This document shows, one piece after another, positions 10,408 through 20,071 of a stretch of DNA of 55,437 bases; position 1 is the first letter of the stretch; the number at the start of each line of letters is the position of its first letter. Both the position numbers and the translations under genes were made by a program. Source of the stretch: Trueperaceae bacterium (GTDB lineage: Bacteria; Deinococcota; Deinococci; Deinococcales; Trueperaceae). The notes under the pieces were generated by a model, which was not told the DNA's origin, ran no database searches, and worked only from the letters and a program-made list of their open reading frames with translations. The DNA lies in NCBI GenBank assembly GCA_040905465.1, contig JBBDRK010000010.1:1-55437 (forward strand). The letters are read 5' to 3'.

Positions 10408-10830
10408 TCAGTCCGACCGATCCTCCGACTCGTCGTCGGGCGACGGTAGCGCTCCACGGAAGTTGCGCATGCGGTCCTGGAGAACGCCCTGAAGTTCGGT
10501 GATCCGATTCTCCATGTTGTCCTGGAGCTGGTCCAGCTTGCGCCTGAGTTTGATGATCTCTTCTACCCCGGCGAGGTTCACGCCCAGCTCCTGGGTAAGC
10601 CGGCGAATCTCGCGCAACTGGTCGATGTCGCGCTGCGAGTACAGTCTGGTCTTGCCTGCGCTCCGGCTGGGCTCGATAAGACCCTTGCGCTCGTAAAGTC
10701 GCAGGGTCTGCGGGTGCATGTCGACCAATTCGGCGGCTACGCTTATCACGTACAGCGGCTTGTCCTGATCGATGCCGGGGCGGGCCGTGCCGTCGCCGTC
10801 CATCGCCTTCGGGTCGTTGTCTTCAGCCAT
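10408..10830 (-). CDS. hspR: HspR heat-shock repressor (MerR family)
   Basis: [38 protein letters not shown]...LGVNLAGV. Located downstream of a dnaJ-family gene. Confidence 0.93.
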   Translation of the reverse strand: MAEDNDPKAMDGDGTARPGIDQDKPLYVISVAAELVDMHPQTLRLYERKGLIEPSRSAGKTRLYSQRDIDQLREIRRLTQELGVNLAGVEEIIKLRRKLDQLQDNMENRITELQGVLQDRMRNFRGALPSPDDESEDRSD

Positions 10831-11794
10831 GCGTGACTCCTTCGCCGCGTTCGACAGGCCCTTTCCCGGTCAACTGCTGTAGCCAATCCAGGCCGATCCT
10901 GCGCAATCCGCGCCACAGGTCCTCACGAATCGTGACCAACAGGTCGCCACCGAGCCCGCCGCCCGGCACGCGGACCGTGGCGCCGTCCGCGGTACCGGCC
11001 GGTACCGTGACCGACACACCGGCAACTGTCGTCTTCACCCCGCGAGTAGTCTCCAACGGCGTGAGGTGCAACACCGCGTGCAGGTTGCCGTCGCGCAGCA
11101 AAACGCCCTCGGGAAGCGTGACGTTGAGCGTTACCAGCACGTCGCCCGGCGGGTTCCCCGGTCCACCGAGGCCCCGCAGCCGCAACCTGGTTCCAGACCG
11201 GACGCCGCGTGGGACTTGCACGTCTACCGCTCCCCCGCCGCGTTGGACTCCCCCGCCGCCGCAGCCGGGACAGACGGCAGCCGCCACTCGGCCGCTTCCC
11301 TTGCAGCGTGGGCAGATACTGGGGCCGGGAACGCGTACTCGGACCGATCCTCCACTGCGCGCCTGGGTGACCGGCACGTCGAACGTCAACTCTCGGTGTT
11401 CGCCGGGCAGGAGTCCGCTGCTGCGCATCATCCCGGCGACCGCGCCGAAAAGCATGTCGAAGACGGCGTTGCCGGTCTTGGGGACGCCCTTGTGCATGTC
11501 CCAGTTCACGTTGATATCGGCTTCGCGGAAGACCGTCTGCCAATCGACAGTCTCGAAATCCGGCCGCCCGCCGGCGTTGCCGTAGCGATCGAAGCGCGCC
11601 CGCGCCTCTGGGTCACGGAGCGTCGCGTAGGCCTCCGAGACCTCCTTGAACCGTTCTTCGGCTAGAGCGTCGCCGGGATTGCGATCGGGATGGTATTGCA
11701 GCGCTAGTTTGCGGTAGGCCGACTTGATGTCGTCTTGCCCTGCGTTACGCTCGACGCCCAGCACCTGATAGGGGTTGTTGGCGGTGCGCATCAC
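10823..11794 (-). CDS. DnaJ-domain co-chaperone
   Basis: J-domain with HPD, two CxxCxGxG motifs and a C-terminal GDVLV region. Leaderless arrangement TATAGT-7nt-GTG. Confidence 0.9.
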   Translation of the reverse strand: MMRTANNPYQVLGVERNAGQDDIKSAYRKLALQYHPDRNPGDALAEERFKEVSEAYATLRDPEARARFDRYGNAGGRPDFETVDWQTVFREADINVNWDMHKGVPKTGNAVFDMLFGAVAGMMRSSGLLPGEHRELTFDVPVTQARSGGSVRVRVPGPSICPRCKGSGRVAAAVCPGCGGGGVQRGGGAVDVQVPRGVRSGTRLRLRGLGGPGNPPGDVLVTLNVTLPEGVLLRDGNLHAVLHLTPLETTRGVKTTVAGVSVTVPAGTADGATVRVPGGGLGGDLLVTIREDLWRGLRRIGLDWLQQLTGKGPVERGEGVTHG

Positions 11795-11865
11795 TACGAA
11801 GACTATACATTACTTGAGCGTACTGTTATGAACGTCGGTGAGGAGAACGCGATGGAGAAACTGAC

Positions 11866-12204
11866 ATGAAACGCTTCCGCCTTCTTGTCCTGGTACTGGT
11901 GGTCCTGGCGCTGCTCGTGGCCGGTTGCCGCAATGAGACGCAGAACCGTATTCGGCGCAATCTCCAGGACTTTTCGAACGCCCGCATGTACATCACCCTC
12001 TACAGCCTGGAAGGAAGCGAGTTGTTCAGCGGGATAGTGGACGGCAAGGTGACCCGGTCGCCGGCGAACAGCGCCGGAGGAAACGAGCCGGCGGCCGGCA
12101 CGTACGTCTTCTGGTACGACGAGCGGGGCCGTTATCATCAAACCGATCTACCCTACTTCGTTACCTCCTACGATCGGGCCGCCGATTCGGAGGAGGTTCG
12201 CTGA
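11866..12204 (+). CDS. Hypothetical lipoprotein
   Basis: Signal peptide with lipobox LVAG-C and a GGAG ribosome-binding site. Confidence 0.8.
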   Translation: MKRFRLLVLVLVVLALLVAGCRNETQNRIRRNLQDFSNARMYITLYSLEGSELFSGIVDGKVTRSPANSAGGNEPAAGTYVFWYDERGRYHQTDLPYFVTSYDRAADSEEVR

Positions 12205-12328
12205 CGCCGCTGGAGGCAGCGGGCGCCGCCGCCGGCACCACACCGGCGGGCCGGTACCTTGAGAGGTTGCTTAAGAAGGAGTGAAGCCCGGCCCACGACG
12301 CACGGCGCACGGCTTGCTACATTGGGGC

Positions 12329-12880
12329 ATGATGCCACGCGTACTCGGATCTCTATTCGGGCGGCTTGCCACCTTCACGATGCTCGCTCTCGTGCTCGGC
12401 GGCTGCACTATCTACCTCACAGACGGCGAGACTTCGGTGCGAACGTCGGTTCGCGGTCGAATCACCTTCGGAGTTCCGCTTCAGGACGTGATAACCCGCT
12501 TCACACCCAGCAGGGGTGTCGGCGCCAATTACCGGGTGGGCGAGTCGATCGCGTTCGACATTCGCACTACCAGCGACGGCTACGTCACGCTGACGTCGAT
12601 CGACCCCGACGGCTTCGTCCACACATTCGCCCGCAACATCTTCGTGAGCGGTGGAACCACGCATACGATCGAGGGTCCCGACCGCCGGCACATCTTCACG
12701 GTCGAGCCGCCTCGTGGGCTACTTCGGATTCGTGCTTCCTTCACCTCCGGGCGTACCGACACCTCGCGCGTCAGCTACCGCGACCAGCGGGGCGAGGAAG
12801 CCTGGACCCAGAGCATCTCGGTCGACGTTCGCCCCTACGACACTCGCGACGTTGTCGAGACCCACATCTACGTGCGCTGA
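12329..12880 (+). CDS. DUF4384-like lipoprotein
   Basis: LGG-C lipobox and the YRVGESIAF.....DGYVTLTSIDPDG pattern. The start codon is uncertain. Confidence 0.72.
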   Translation: MMPRVLGSLFGRLATFTMLALVLGGCTIYLTDGETSVRTSVRGRITFGVPLQDVITRFTPSRGVGANYRVGESIAFDIRTTSDGYVTLTSIDPDGFVHTFARNIFVSGGTTHTIEGPDRRHIFTVEPPRGLLRIRASFTSGRTDTSRVSYRDQRGEEAWTQSISVDVRPYDTRDVVETHIYVR

Positions 12881-12904
12881 GCGCCGGCCGAAACGCCAGT
12901 AACG

Positions 12905-12950
12905 AATGGGGAGCGACCTGCCTGCCGTGGCGGTTGCTCCCCATTGCTTT
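12905..12950 (+). terminator. Intrinsic terminator
   Basis: 14-bp stem aatggggagcgacc/ggttgctccccatt followed by gcttt. Confidence 0.7.
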
Positions 12951-13015
12951 GCCTACAACCGACCCGGCTGACCCGATCGCTACGGTAGACTGGAGGGTGC
13001 GTATAGGAGGAGGAC

Positions 13016-13744
13016 TTGGCAGGTCACAACAAATGGTCGCAGATCAAGCGCAAGAAGGCCGTCAACGACAAGGCCCGCGGCAAGGTGATCAGCAAGCATA
13101 TCCGAGCCATCCAAAGCGCGGTGCGTGAGGGCAGCAGCGGGGACCCGGACGTGAACGCGGGTCTCAGGAACGCCGTGGCTGCCGCCAAGAGCGATGACGT
13201 GCCGGCGGAGAACATCGATCGGGCGATCGAACGCGCGCTCGGGGGCGGCGAGGGCGGCAACTTCGAACCTGCCGTCTATGAAGGTTACGGACCGTCTGGC
13301 GTGGCCGTACTGGTGGAAGCTTTGACCGATAACCGCAACAGGACCGCAGCCGAAGTCCGCCATGTGTTCACCAAGCACGGAGGCAACATGTCCGGCGCTA
13401 CCGCCTGGCAGTTCGACAGCAAGGGCGTGATCGTAGTGGAGAACGCCGGCGAGCGTGTTCAGGAGTTGGCTATCGACGCCGGCGCCGACGATCTGGAGGT
13501 CGAAGACGGCTGCCTCACCATCTACACGGCTCCGGCTCGGCTCTTTCAGGTTACCGAGTCCTTGCAGTCCGGCGGAATCGAGGCGGCCATCAGCCAGCTC
13601 ACGAAGGTGCCACAGGTCGAGACCGAGCTTGCGGAGGGCGACGCTCACAAGGTTCTCGCGTTCCTCGACGCCCTGGAGGACCTCGACGACGTGCAGGACG
13701 TCTTCAGCACGGCGAGTTTCGGCGCGGTTGGAGTAAACAGTTGA
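13016..13744 (+). CDS. yebC: YebC/PmpR-family protein
   Basis: MAGHNKWSQIKRKK, YEGYGP, TDNRNRT and LEDLDDVQDV motifs. TTG start after GGAGGA. Confidence 0.96.
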   Translation: MAGHNKWSQIKRKKAVNDKARGKVISKHIRAIQSAVREGSSGDPDVNAGLRNAVAAAKSDDVPAENIDRAIERALGGGEGGNFEPAVYEGYGPSGVAVLVEALTDNRNRTAAEVRHVFTKHGGNMSGATAWQFDSKGVIVVENAGERVQELAIDAGADDLEVEDGCLTIYTAPARLFQVTESLQSGGIEAAISQLTKVPQVETELAEGDAHKVLAFLDALEDLDDVQDVFSTASFGAVGVNS

Positions 13745-14466
13745 TGGAGCATACGGCTGTCGACTTCCCGACCGTTTCCTGGGCCGAGGTGCCCAAGCTG
13801 AACGCGTCCCAGATGCAGCAACTCCTGATGCTGGCCACCGGCAAGTACGGCATGGACAATCGGGTGCTGGTGGAGCATACCGCCCGAAACATGGCCGAAC
13901 TGGTGGACGCCTTCGCCCCCGACGGTCCCGTCCTGGTGGTCGCCGGCCGTGGCAACAACGGTAGCGGTGGCCTGGCGACCGCCCGCCTGCTGGGAGCTCG
14001 CGGCCGCCGAGTCTGGGTCGTTCCGACCCACGAGTACGAAAACTACTCGGGGACGCCGCGAGAACAGCTTGAACTCCTGCGCCACTTCGACACCGTCAGG
14101 ATCAAGAGCAGTCTGCCGAAAATGAAGTTCGGCTGCGTTATAGATGCCGCAATCGGCACTCGGCTCGAGGGGCCGCCGCGGGGTCGGACGCTCGACGTGA
14201 TCACGGTGGTAAACAACCTGGCAGGCAGTTGCCCTGTCCTGTCGCTCGACGCGCCCACCGGAATGCGAGTAGACGACGGCGGCGTGCCGGGAGCCGTCCT
14301 GGGGGCGTCGATCACTCTGTCGGTCGGAGTCGCCAAGCAGGGGATCGCCCCGGGCGGATCGGTGGGCCGGTTGTTCATCGGGGATATCGGCCTTCCCCGA
14401 GTTCTGTTCGGCGACCTCGGAATCGAACCGCTGCGACTACAGGCTTACCTGACCGAAGTCTGCTGA
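13744..14466 (+). CDS. nnrE: Stand-alone YjeF_N / NAD(P)H-hydrate epimerase
   Basis: GRGNNGSGGL..AR.L, IDAAIG, SLDAPTG and GDIGLP motifs. No dehydratase domain. Confidence 0.82.
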   Translation: MEHTAVDFPTVSWAEVPKLNASQMQQLLMLATGKYGMDNRVLVEHTARNMAELVDAFAPDGPVLVVAGRGNNGSGGLATARLLGARGRRVWVVPTHEYENYSGTPREQLELLRHFDTVRIKSSLPKMKFGCVIDAAIGTRLEGPPRGRTLDVITVVNNLAGSCPVLSLDAPTGMRVDDGGVPGAVLGASITLSVGVAKQGIAPGGSVGRLFIGDIGLPRVLFGDLGIEPLRLQAYLTEVC

Positions 14467-14524
14467 CGAGGTGTCATCCGCCGGACAAGGCGATCGAGTG
14501 GGCCCGAGGCCGCCATATCCGGCG

Positions 14525-14578
14525 GCGGCTCAAGGCCGCCTGTCCGGTGGTGCGGCTCAAGGCCGCCTGCTCGGTGGT
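14525..14578. repeat. Two 27-bp tandem copies spanning the CDF gene stop codon
   Basis: gcggctcaaggccgcctgtccggtggt / gcggctcaaggccgcctgctcggtggt, 25/27 identical. Confidence 0.88.
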
Positions 14579-15486
14579 GCGCTACCCTCCTCGAATTCGT
14601 CTCTGGGCGTCTGAGTAGTGTCCCGCTCGCCCTCCAGAAACGGCTCGATATGCAGAGTCGCCGTGAGGTTGGGCAGAACGCGCGAAATCCGCAGTTCCAG
14701 CTGTGACGCGATCTCGTGAGCCTCGAGCACGTCCAGCTCCGGATTCACGAAGATGTCCACCTCGACGAAGCGATCGAACCCCGACTGTCTGGAGCGCAGG
14801 CGGTGAAATCCCAGGACGCTCGGGGCTTCCTGCAGCACCTGCATCAGCGACTCTTCTTCGCTCTCCGGTAGGCGAACGTCCAGCAGGCTGGACACGGCTC
14901 CCGTTGTCACGCTCCAGCCTTCGCGCATGATGTGAAGCCCCACGAGAATTGCGATCAGCGGGTCGAGGATCGTGAGGCCGGTCGCCTGCACCACCGCTAC
15001 GGCGGCGAGAATTCCCGCCGAGGTCCACACGTCCGTGACCAGGTGCCGCGAGGCGGCCGCCAGCGCCGGCGAGTTCCGGCTGCCGGAAACGCGGCGCAGG
15101 TACCAGGCGGTAACGGCGTTCATCGCGGTTGCCAGCCCCACCACGAGAAGACCGGTAGTGACGCTCTGCAGCGGCGCGGGCGCAAAGAGCCGCGGGGCCG
15201 CCGTGGCCAGGATCACGCCCGCCGACACCAGGATGAGACTCCCTTCCAGAGCACCCGAGAGGTACTCCGCCTTGGCGTGGCCGTAGGGGTGCTCGTAATC
15301 GGCGGGCCTCCTGGCCAGTCTCACGACGTAGATGAGAGTGGCCGCGGCAGCTACGTTCACCAGCGACTCAGCCGCGTCGGACAGCAACGCTACCGAGTCG
15401 GTGAGCACGAAAGCGGCGAATTTGGCGGCCAGTACGATTACTGACGCCGCCAGGGCGGTTACGGTTGCACGGCGCACTTGCGACAT
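14557..15486 (-). CDS. Cation diffusion facilitator transporter (FieF-like)
   Basis: SVALLSDAAES, PADYEHPYGH.KAEY, HLVTD and HIEP motifs with six transmembrane segments. Confidence 0.94.
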   Translation of the reverse strand: MSQVRRATVTALAASVIVLAAKFAAFVLTDSVALLSDAAESLVNVAAAATLIYVVRLARRPADYEHPYGHAKAEYLSGALEGSLILVSAGVILATAAPRLFAPAPLQSVTTGLLVVGLATAMNAVTAWYLRRVSGSRNSPALAAASRHLVTDVWTSAGILAAVAVVQATGLTILDPLIAILVGLHIMREGWSVTTGAVSSLLDVRLPESEEESLMQVLQEAPSVLGFHRLRSRQSGFDRFVEVDIFVNPELDVLEAHEIASQLELRISRVLPNLTATLHIEPFLEGERDTTQTPRDEFEEGSAPPSRRP

Positions 15487-15643
15487 CGCACCAGCATTAC
15501 CGGTTTCGGCAAGCCGAAGTCGAGAACGTGGCCGCGCCATGTGACTATCCAGATCTCGTGTCCGTGAGTTATTATCGTTACGGCGCAACAATTTACGCCC
15601 GCCGATTTCGGTCTCGGATCGGCAATTCGGAAGGAGATGCAGA

Positions 15644-16945
15644 ATGCTGAAACCACGTCTGCTGATTGCCGCGGTCCTGGCTACTCTCATGACCGCTCCC
15701 GCTCTTGCCCAGACCGAAGTCATCTGGTGGCATGCCATGGGTGGCGAACTCGGCGAGAAACTCAACGAAATCGCGGCCGGCTTCAACGAGGGCCAGGACG
15801 AGTTCGAGGTCGTCCCAGTCTATCGAGGCAGCTACACCGAGACGATGACCGGTGCCATCGCCGCCTTCCGGGCAGGGGAGCAGCCGCACATCGTTCAGGT
15901 GTTCGAGGTCGGCACCGCCACCATGATGGCCGCCGAGGGCGCGATCTACCCGGTCTTCGAACTGATGGCCGATCACGACGTCCCGTTCGACCAGTCGGCG
16001 TTCCTGCCCGCAGTGATCTCCTACTACGTCTCGAACGACGGCAACCTGCTGTCGATGCCGTTCAACTCGTCCACCCCCGTGCTCTGGTACAACCAGTCGG
16101 CGCTGGATGAGCTTGGTCTCGAGGTTCCAGCCACGTGGGACGAGCTCGAAGCCGCCTCCCGCGCCGCCGTCGATGGCGGCTATCCGTGCGGCATGACGAC
16201 CGCATGGCAGACCTGGGTCCAGCTCGAGAACTTCTCGGCCTGGCACGACCTGCCGTTCGCCACCGAGAACAACGGCTACGCCGGACTCGATACCGAAATG
16301 GCCATCGACAACGAGGCGATCCTCAATCACATCACGCGCCTCTCGAACATGGCCGCCGACAATGCGTTCGTTTACGGTGGGCGCGCGGGCGCTCCACAGC
16401 CGCTGTTCCTCAACCAGGAGTGCATCTTTTACTTCAACTCCTCCGCCGGTTACGGCGCCATCAACACCGGAGCCGAGTTCGAGTTCGGTCAGACGATGAT
16501 GCCGATCGACACCTCGGTGCGCAGCGAGCCGCAGAACTCGATCATCGGCGGAGCCACCCTGTGGGTGCTGCAGGGTCACGAGGACGAGGAGTACCGCGGA
16601 GTCGCCGAGTTCTTCGAGTACCTCTCCTCTCCTGAGGTCCAGGCCGACTGGCACCAGTTCACCGGCTACGTTCCCATCACCACGGCCGCCTACCAGCTCT
16701 CGCAGGAGCAGGGGTTCTACGACGAGAACCCCGGCACCGACACCGCCATCGAGGAGTTGTCGCTCAACGAGCCTACTGGCAACTCCCGCGGCCTGCGGCT
16801 GGGCAACCTCGTCCAGATCCGCGACGTGATGGACGAGGAGCTCGAGGCTGTCTGGTCCGGGGTCAAGACTCCTGAGCAGGCGATCGACGACATCGTGCGC
16901 CGCGGCAACGAGCTGCTGCGACAGTTCGAGTCCGCCAACCGCTGA
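15644..16945 (+). CDS. ugpB: sn-glycerol-3-phosphate ABC substrate-binding protein
   Basis: WWHAMGG, YRGSY.ETM, QVFEVGTATMM, PFNSSTP, ENFSAWH, NSIIGGA.LW and WHQ.TGY motifs. Confidence 0.93.
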   Translation: MLKPRLLIAAVLATLMTAPALAQTEVIWWHAMGGELGEKLNEIAAGFNEGQDEFEVVPVYRGSYTETMTGAIAAFRAGEQPHIVQVFEVGTATMMAAEGAIYPVFELMADHDVPFDQSAFLPAVISYYVSNDGNLLSMPFNSSTPVLWYNQSALDELGLEVPATWDELEAASRAAVDGGYPCGMTTAWQTWVQLENFSAWHDLPFATENNGYAGLDTEMAIDNEAILNHITRLSNMAADNAFVYGGRAGAPQPLFLNQECIFYFNSSAGYGAINTGAEFEFGQTMMPIDTSVRSEPQNSIIGGATLWVLQGHEDEEYRGVAEFFEYLSSPEVQADWHQFTGYVPITTAAYQLSQEQGFYDENPGTDTAIEELSLNEPTGNSRGLRLGNLVQIRDVMDEELEAVWSGVKTPEQAIDDIVRRGNELLRQFESANR

Positions 16946-16960
16946 TCGACCCGTAACCTC

Positions 16961-16990
16961 CGGGGGCGCCTGCTGATGCCGGCGCCCCCG
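16961..16990 (+). terminator. Intercistronic hairpin after ugpB
   Basis: Stem cgggggcgcc...ggcgcccccg with no U-run, so probably an mRNA stabiliser or partial terminator. Confidence 0.6.
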
Positions 16991-17076
16991 ATCCTTCCTC
17001 GAGCAGCAGGCTATTCTCGAACCAGGGAACGCGCCCGGGCCAGTGCTCCGATGTTTATCTTGCCGAAGAGACCTTC

Positions 17077-17958
17077 ATGATCCAACGTACCTACTTCAAA
17101 CACAAATCTCTTCCCTACCTGCTGCTGCTGCCGCAGATGCTCATCACCGCGGTGTTCTTCCTCTGGCCTGCCGGGCGCGCCGTCTTCCAGGCGTTCCTGC
17201 GCCAGGATGCCTGGGGGCTCCGCACCACCTTCGTCGGCTTCGGCAATTTCACCCGCCTATTTCAAGACGAGCTATACCTGCAGTCCTTCGGGGTCACGCT
17301 GATCTTCAGCCTGACCGTCACCTTCCTGGCCCTCAGCCTGGGGCTGCTGTTCGCGACTGCCGTCGACTTCATCGTGCGCGGCAGCAACGGCTATCGCGCG
17401 ATGCTCATGTGGCCCTATGCGGTGGCCCCTGCCGTCGCGGGCGCCTTGTGGTTCTTCATGTTCAATCCCTCATTGGGAATCATCGCCTATGTCCTGGACT
17501 CGTTCGGTTACGACTGGAACCACTACCTCCGGGGCCGCGACGCCCTGATCCTCGTCATCGTCGCCTCGGCCTGGAAGCAGATCGGCTACAACTTCCTGTT
17601 CTTCCTCGCCGGGCTGCAGTCGATCCCCAAGTCGCTCGTCGAGGCCGCGGCCATCGATGGGGCGGCGCCGGTCCGTAGGTTCTGGGCGATAGTCTTCCCG
17701 CTGTTGTCGCCCACTACCTTCTTCCTGATCGTGATCAACACCGTATACGCGTTCTTCGACACGTTCGGGGTCATTCACGCGACCACCCAGGGCGGTCCCA
17801 TTCAGGCTACTTCGATTCTCGTATACAAGGTGTACAACACAGGTTTCATCGGGCAGGACCTGGGCAGTTCCGCAGCGCAATCCGTCATCCTGATGGCCAT
17901 CGTGATCGGGTTGACGTTCGTTCAGTTCCGATACCTCGGAAAGAAGGTGCATTACTGA
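17077..17958 (+). CDS. ugpA: G3P ABC permease
   Basis: [36 protein letters not shown] and SSAAQS motifs. Confidence 0.93.
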   Translation: MIQRTYFKHKSLPYLLLLPQMLITAVFFLWPAGRAVFQAFLRQDAWGLRTTFVGFGNFTRLFQDELYLQSFGVTLIFSLTVTFLALSLGLLFATAVDFIVRGSNGYRAMLMWPYAVAPAVAGALWFFMFNPSLGIIAYVLDSFGYDWNHYLRGRDALILVIVASAWKQIGYNFLFFLAGLQSIPKSLVEAAAIDGAAPVRRFWAIVFPLLSPTTFFLIVINTVYAFFDTFGVIHATTQGGPIQATSILVYKVYNTGFIGQDLGSSAAQSVILMAIVIGLTFVQFRYLGKKVHY

Positions 17959-18893
17959 TGGTCGAGCGCCATCCCCGGCTCACCTTCCTGGCGCACCTGA
18001 TCCTCATCATCGGCGTGGTGGTGACCCTGTTCCCTCTGTGGATAGCCTTCGTCGCCTCCACCCACCCGATCGAGAACCTGATGAGGGGCACGTTTCCGAT
18101 GCTCCCGGGCAACAGGCTGGTGGAAAACTACAGCGCGGTGCTGTTCGAAGGAGAGCTGCGCTCCGGTCGCATCCCCGCTACCCAGATGATGCTCAACTCG
18201 CTGATCATGGCGCTTGGCATTACGTTTGGCAAGATCATCGTGTCCTTCCTGGCTGCTTTCGCTATCGTCTACTTTCGATTTCCGGGCAGGATGGTGTTCT
18301 TCTTCCTTATCTTCATCACGCTGATGCTCCCGGTCGAGGTCCGGATAGTGCCTACCTACGACGTGGTGTCCAACGTGATGGGGCCGGTTCAGGCCCTGCT
18401 GGAGTTCACCAGGCTGGACCGGCTGATCGAGGCGGTCGCCGGGATTCGAGTGGACCTTCGCTGGCGGCTGCTGAACACCTATACCGGCCTGATTCTGCCG
18501 TTGATCGCCTCCGCCACCGCGACGTTCCTGTTCAGGCAGTTCTTTCAGACGGTACCCGACGAACTGGTAGAGGCTGCGCAGATAGACGGCGCCGGCCCGA
18601 TGACGTTCATGACTCGTATCCTGCTTCCCCTCTCGCGGACTCACATCGCAGCACTGAGCGTGATCCTGTTCCTGTTCGGCTGGAACCAGTACCTGTGGCC
18701 GCTCCTGGTGGCGCAGCAGGACCGCCTGCTCACTATCGTGGTGGGAATCCAGCGAATCGTGAACGCCGCCGAGACACAGCCGATCTGGAACCAGGCGATG
18801 GCTCTTTCGATTCTGGCGATGCTGCCGCCGGTGCTGATCATCGTCCTCATGCAGCGACTCTTCCTCAAGGCGCTGATCGATACCGAGAAATGA
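17958..18893 (+). CDS. ugpE: G3P ABC permease
   Basis: MLPVEVRIVPTY, ASATATFLFRQFF, EAAQIDGAG and GWNQYLWP motifs. Confidence 0.93.
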   Translation: MVERHPRLTFLAHLILIIGVVVTLFPLWIAFVASTHPIENLMRGTFPMLPGNRLVENYSAVLFEGELRSGRIPATQMMLNSLIMALGITFGKIIVSFLAAFAIVYFRFPGRMVFFFLIFITLMLPVEVRIVPTYDVVSNVMGPVQALLEFTRLDRLIEAVAGIRVDLRWRLLNTYTGLILPLIASATATFLFRQFFQTVPDELVEAAQIDGAGPMTFMTRILLPLSRTHIAALSVILFLFGWNQYLWPLLVAQQDRLLTIVVGIQRIVNAAETQPIWNQAMALSILAMLPPVLIIVLMQRLFLKALIDTEK

Positions 18894-18903
18894 CGCGGCG
18901 AGT

Positions 18904-19845
18904 TCATACGTACTTGAGTCTCAGCACGATGTCCTGCGGATAGTTGCCGAAGGCGCGGCCGAAGACATTCACTCCTCCTACGTGGCGAGCGTCCGCCTCG
19001 ACTCCGATTCGTACCGATACGAACTCGCTCTCGCCCACGCGTAGGTCGGGCACACGAACGTCCGACACACGCAGCCCGTCGACCAGGCTGCCGGTTTCCG
19101 TCACCTGCCACAGCTTGAGCAGGCCGTACTGAGAGCTGTGCGTCTCCCACCAGCCCGGCGTCAGCCGGCCCCGCTGCCCGCCGAAGTCCGCTGGGCTGGT
19201 CCAGGTCCCGATCTTTACCTCATTGATCCAGACGGTGATGTCGGACGGCCAGTCATCGTGGTGAAGCGGCGCTTCGCTGCACAGTTCGAGTGCCAGATGC
19301 ACGCTCTGCAGGAGCGCGGAAGAGGGCAGCCGCTGCGGGAATCGGTACTCGACGTAGCCGCAGTGGAACCAGAGCAGCTGCGCCGCTACTCGGTTGGGTT
19401 CGTAGAACGAACCGGGATCGTCGAATAGACCGATTATCCCCTCTTCGCTGGCCAGTCCGCAGGAAGGCGTGACGCGGCAGTCGACGTAGGCTCCCACCGG
19501 CATGCTGGTCTCGATCTGCTTGCCCTCGAACGGCGCGGCCGTGGGCAGGTACAGCCGCAGGTTGTCGAACGCCCGGGTGCAGACCTTCTGTGAGCCGCGG
19601 GCGGCCGGCCGGTGCTCTGTCAGCAGCAGACCGGCCTCCTCCAGCAGGTTCACATGTGAGTTGGCGGTGCTGACCGGCACACCCAGCGCCTCGGCGATCT
19701 CGGTGACGTTCATCAGCCGGTCACCGAGGAGGCGGAGGATTCGCAGCCGCGGCTGCGAGGCGAGCGCGCGAAAGACCGAGGTAACGTCCCCCTCCGCAGC
19801 ATCGGTTTCGAAGACCAGCTCGCGAGTCTGGGTCGACTGATTCAA
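18904..19845 (-). CDS. ArsR-family regulator with a large C-terminal effector domain (COG4189-like)
   Basis: N-terminal winged HTH (ALASQPRLRIL...LEEAGLL), then PSCGLAS, ELCSEAP...DWPSDIT, SPADFGG.RG.LTP.WW, SQYGLLK and FGNYPQDI. Confidence 0.85.
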   Translation of the reverse strand: MNQSTQTRELVFETDAAEGDVTSVFRALASQPRLRILRLLGDRLMNVTEIAEALGVPVSTANSHVNLLEEAGLLLTEHRPAARGSQKVCTRAFDNLRLYLPTAAPFEGKQIETSMPVGAYVDCRVTPSCGLASEEGIIGLFDDPGSFYEPNRVAAQLLWFHCGYVEYRFPQRLPSSALLQSVHLALELCSEAPLHHDDWPSDITVWINEVKIGTWTSPADFGGQRGRLTPGWWETHSSQYGLLKLWQVTETGSLVDGLRVSDVRVPDLRVGESEFVSVRIGVEADARHVGGVNVFGRAFGNYPQDIVLRLKYV

Positions 19846-19962
19846 TGGGGACTCCTTCCTCGGCGACGGTCTCGCATGCCAGGGGCATTATCAACGGCAG
19901 TGCCATTATGACAGGAATCTTCGTATGAAATGCCCACATTCAACCCGTCGGAACTGCTGATA

Positions 19963-19991
19963 TTGACGTTCTACGGGAGTACGCTTACAGT
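19963..19991 (+). promoter_or_regulatory. Sigma70-type promoter of the glycan operon
   Basis: TTGACG (19963-68), 17-nt spacer, TACAGT (19986-91). Confidence 0.7.
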
Positions 19992-20009
19992 TGTCGATAA
20001 TAAACAACT
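19989..20009. promoter_or_regulatory. Palindromic operator AGTTGT-N9-ACAACT
   Basis: AT-rich inverted repeat overlapping the -10/+1 region, adjacent to the divergent regulator gene. Confidence 0.65.
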
Positions 20010-20071
20010 TCTTTCGCGAGATTATCTGCTCGTCGGCCGATGCGCCGCCGGGCGACTCGAAAGGGAACGCG

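Noticed and set aside
12258-12277. CTTGAG-N6-CTTAAG inverted repeat as a HAIR site
   Set aside because: The spacing is 3 nt too short for the HAIR consensus and the downstream gene is not a chaperone.
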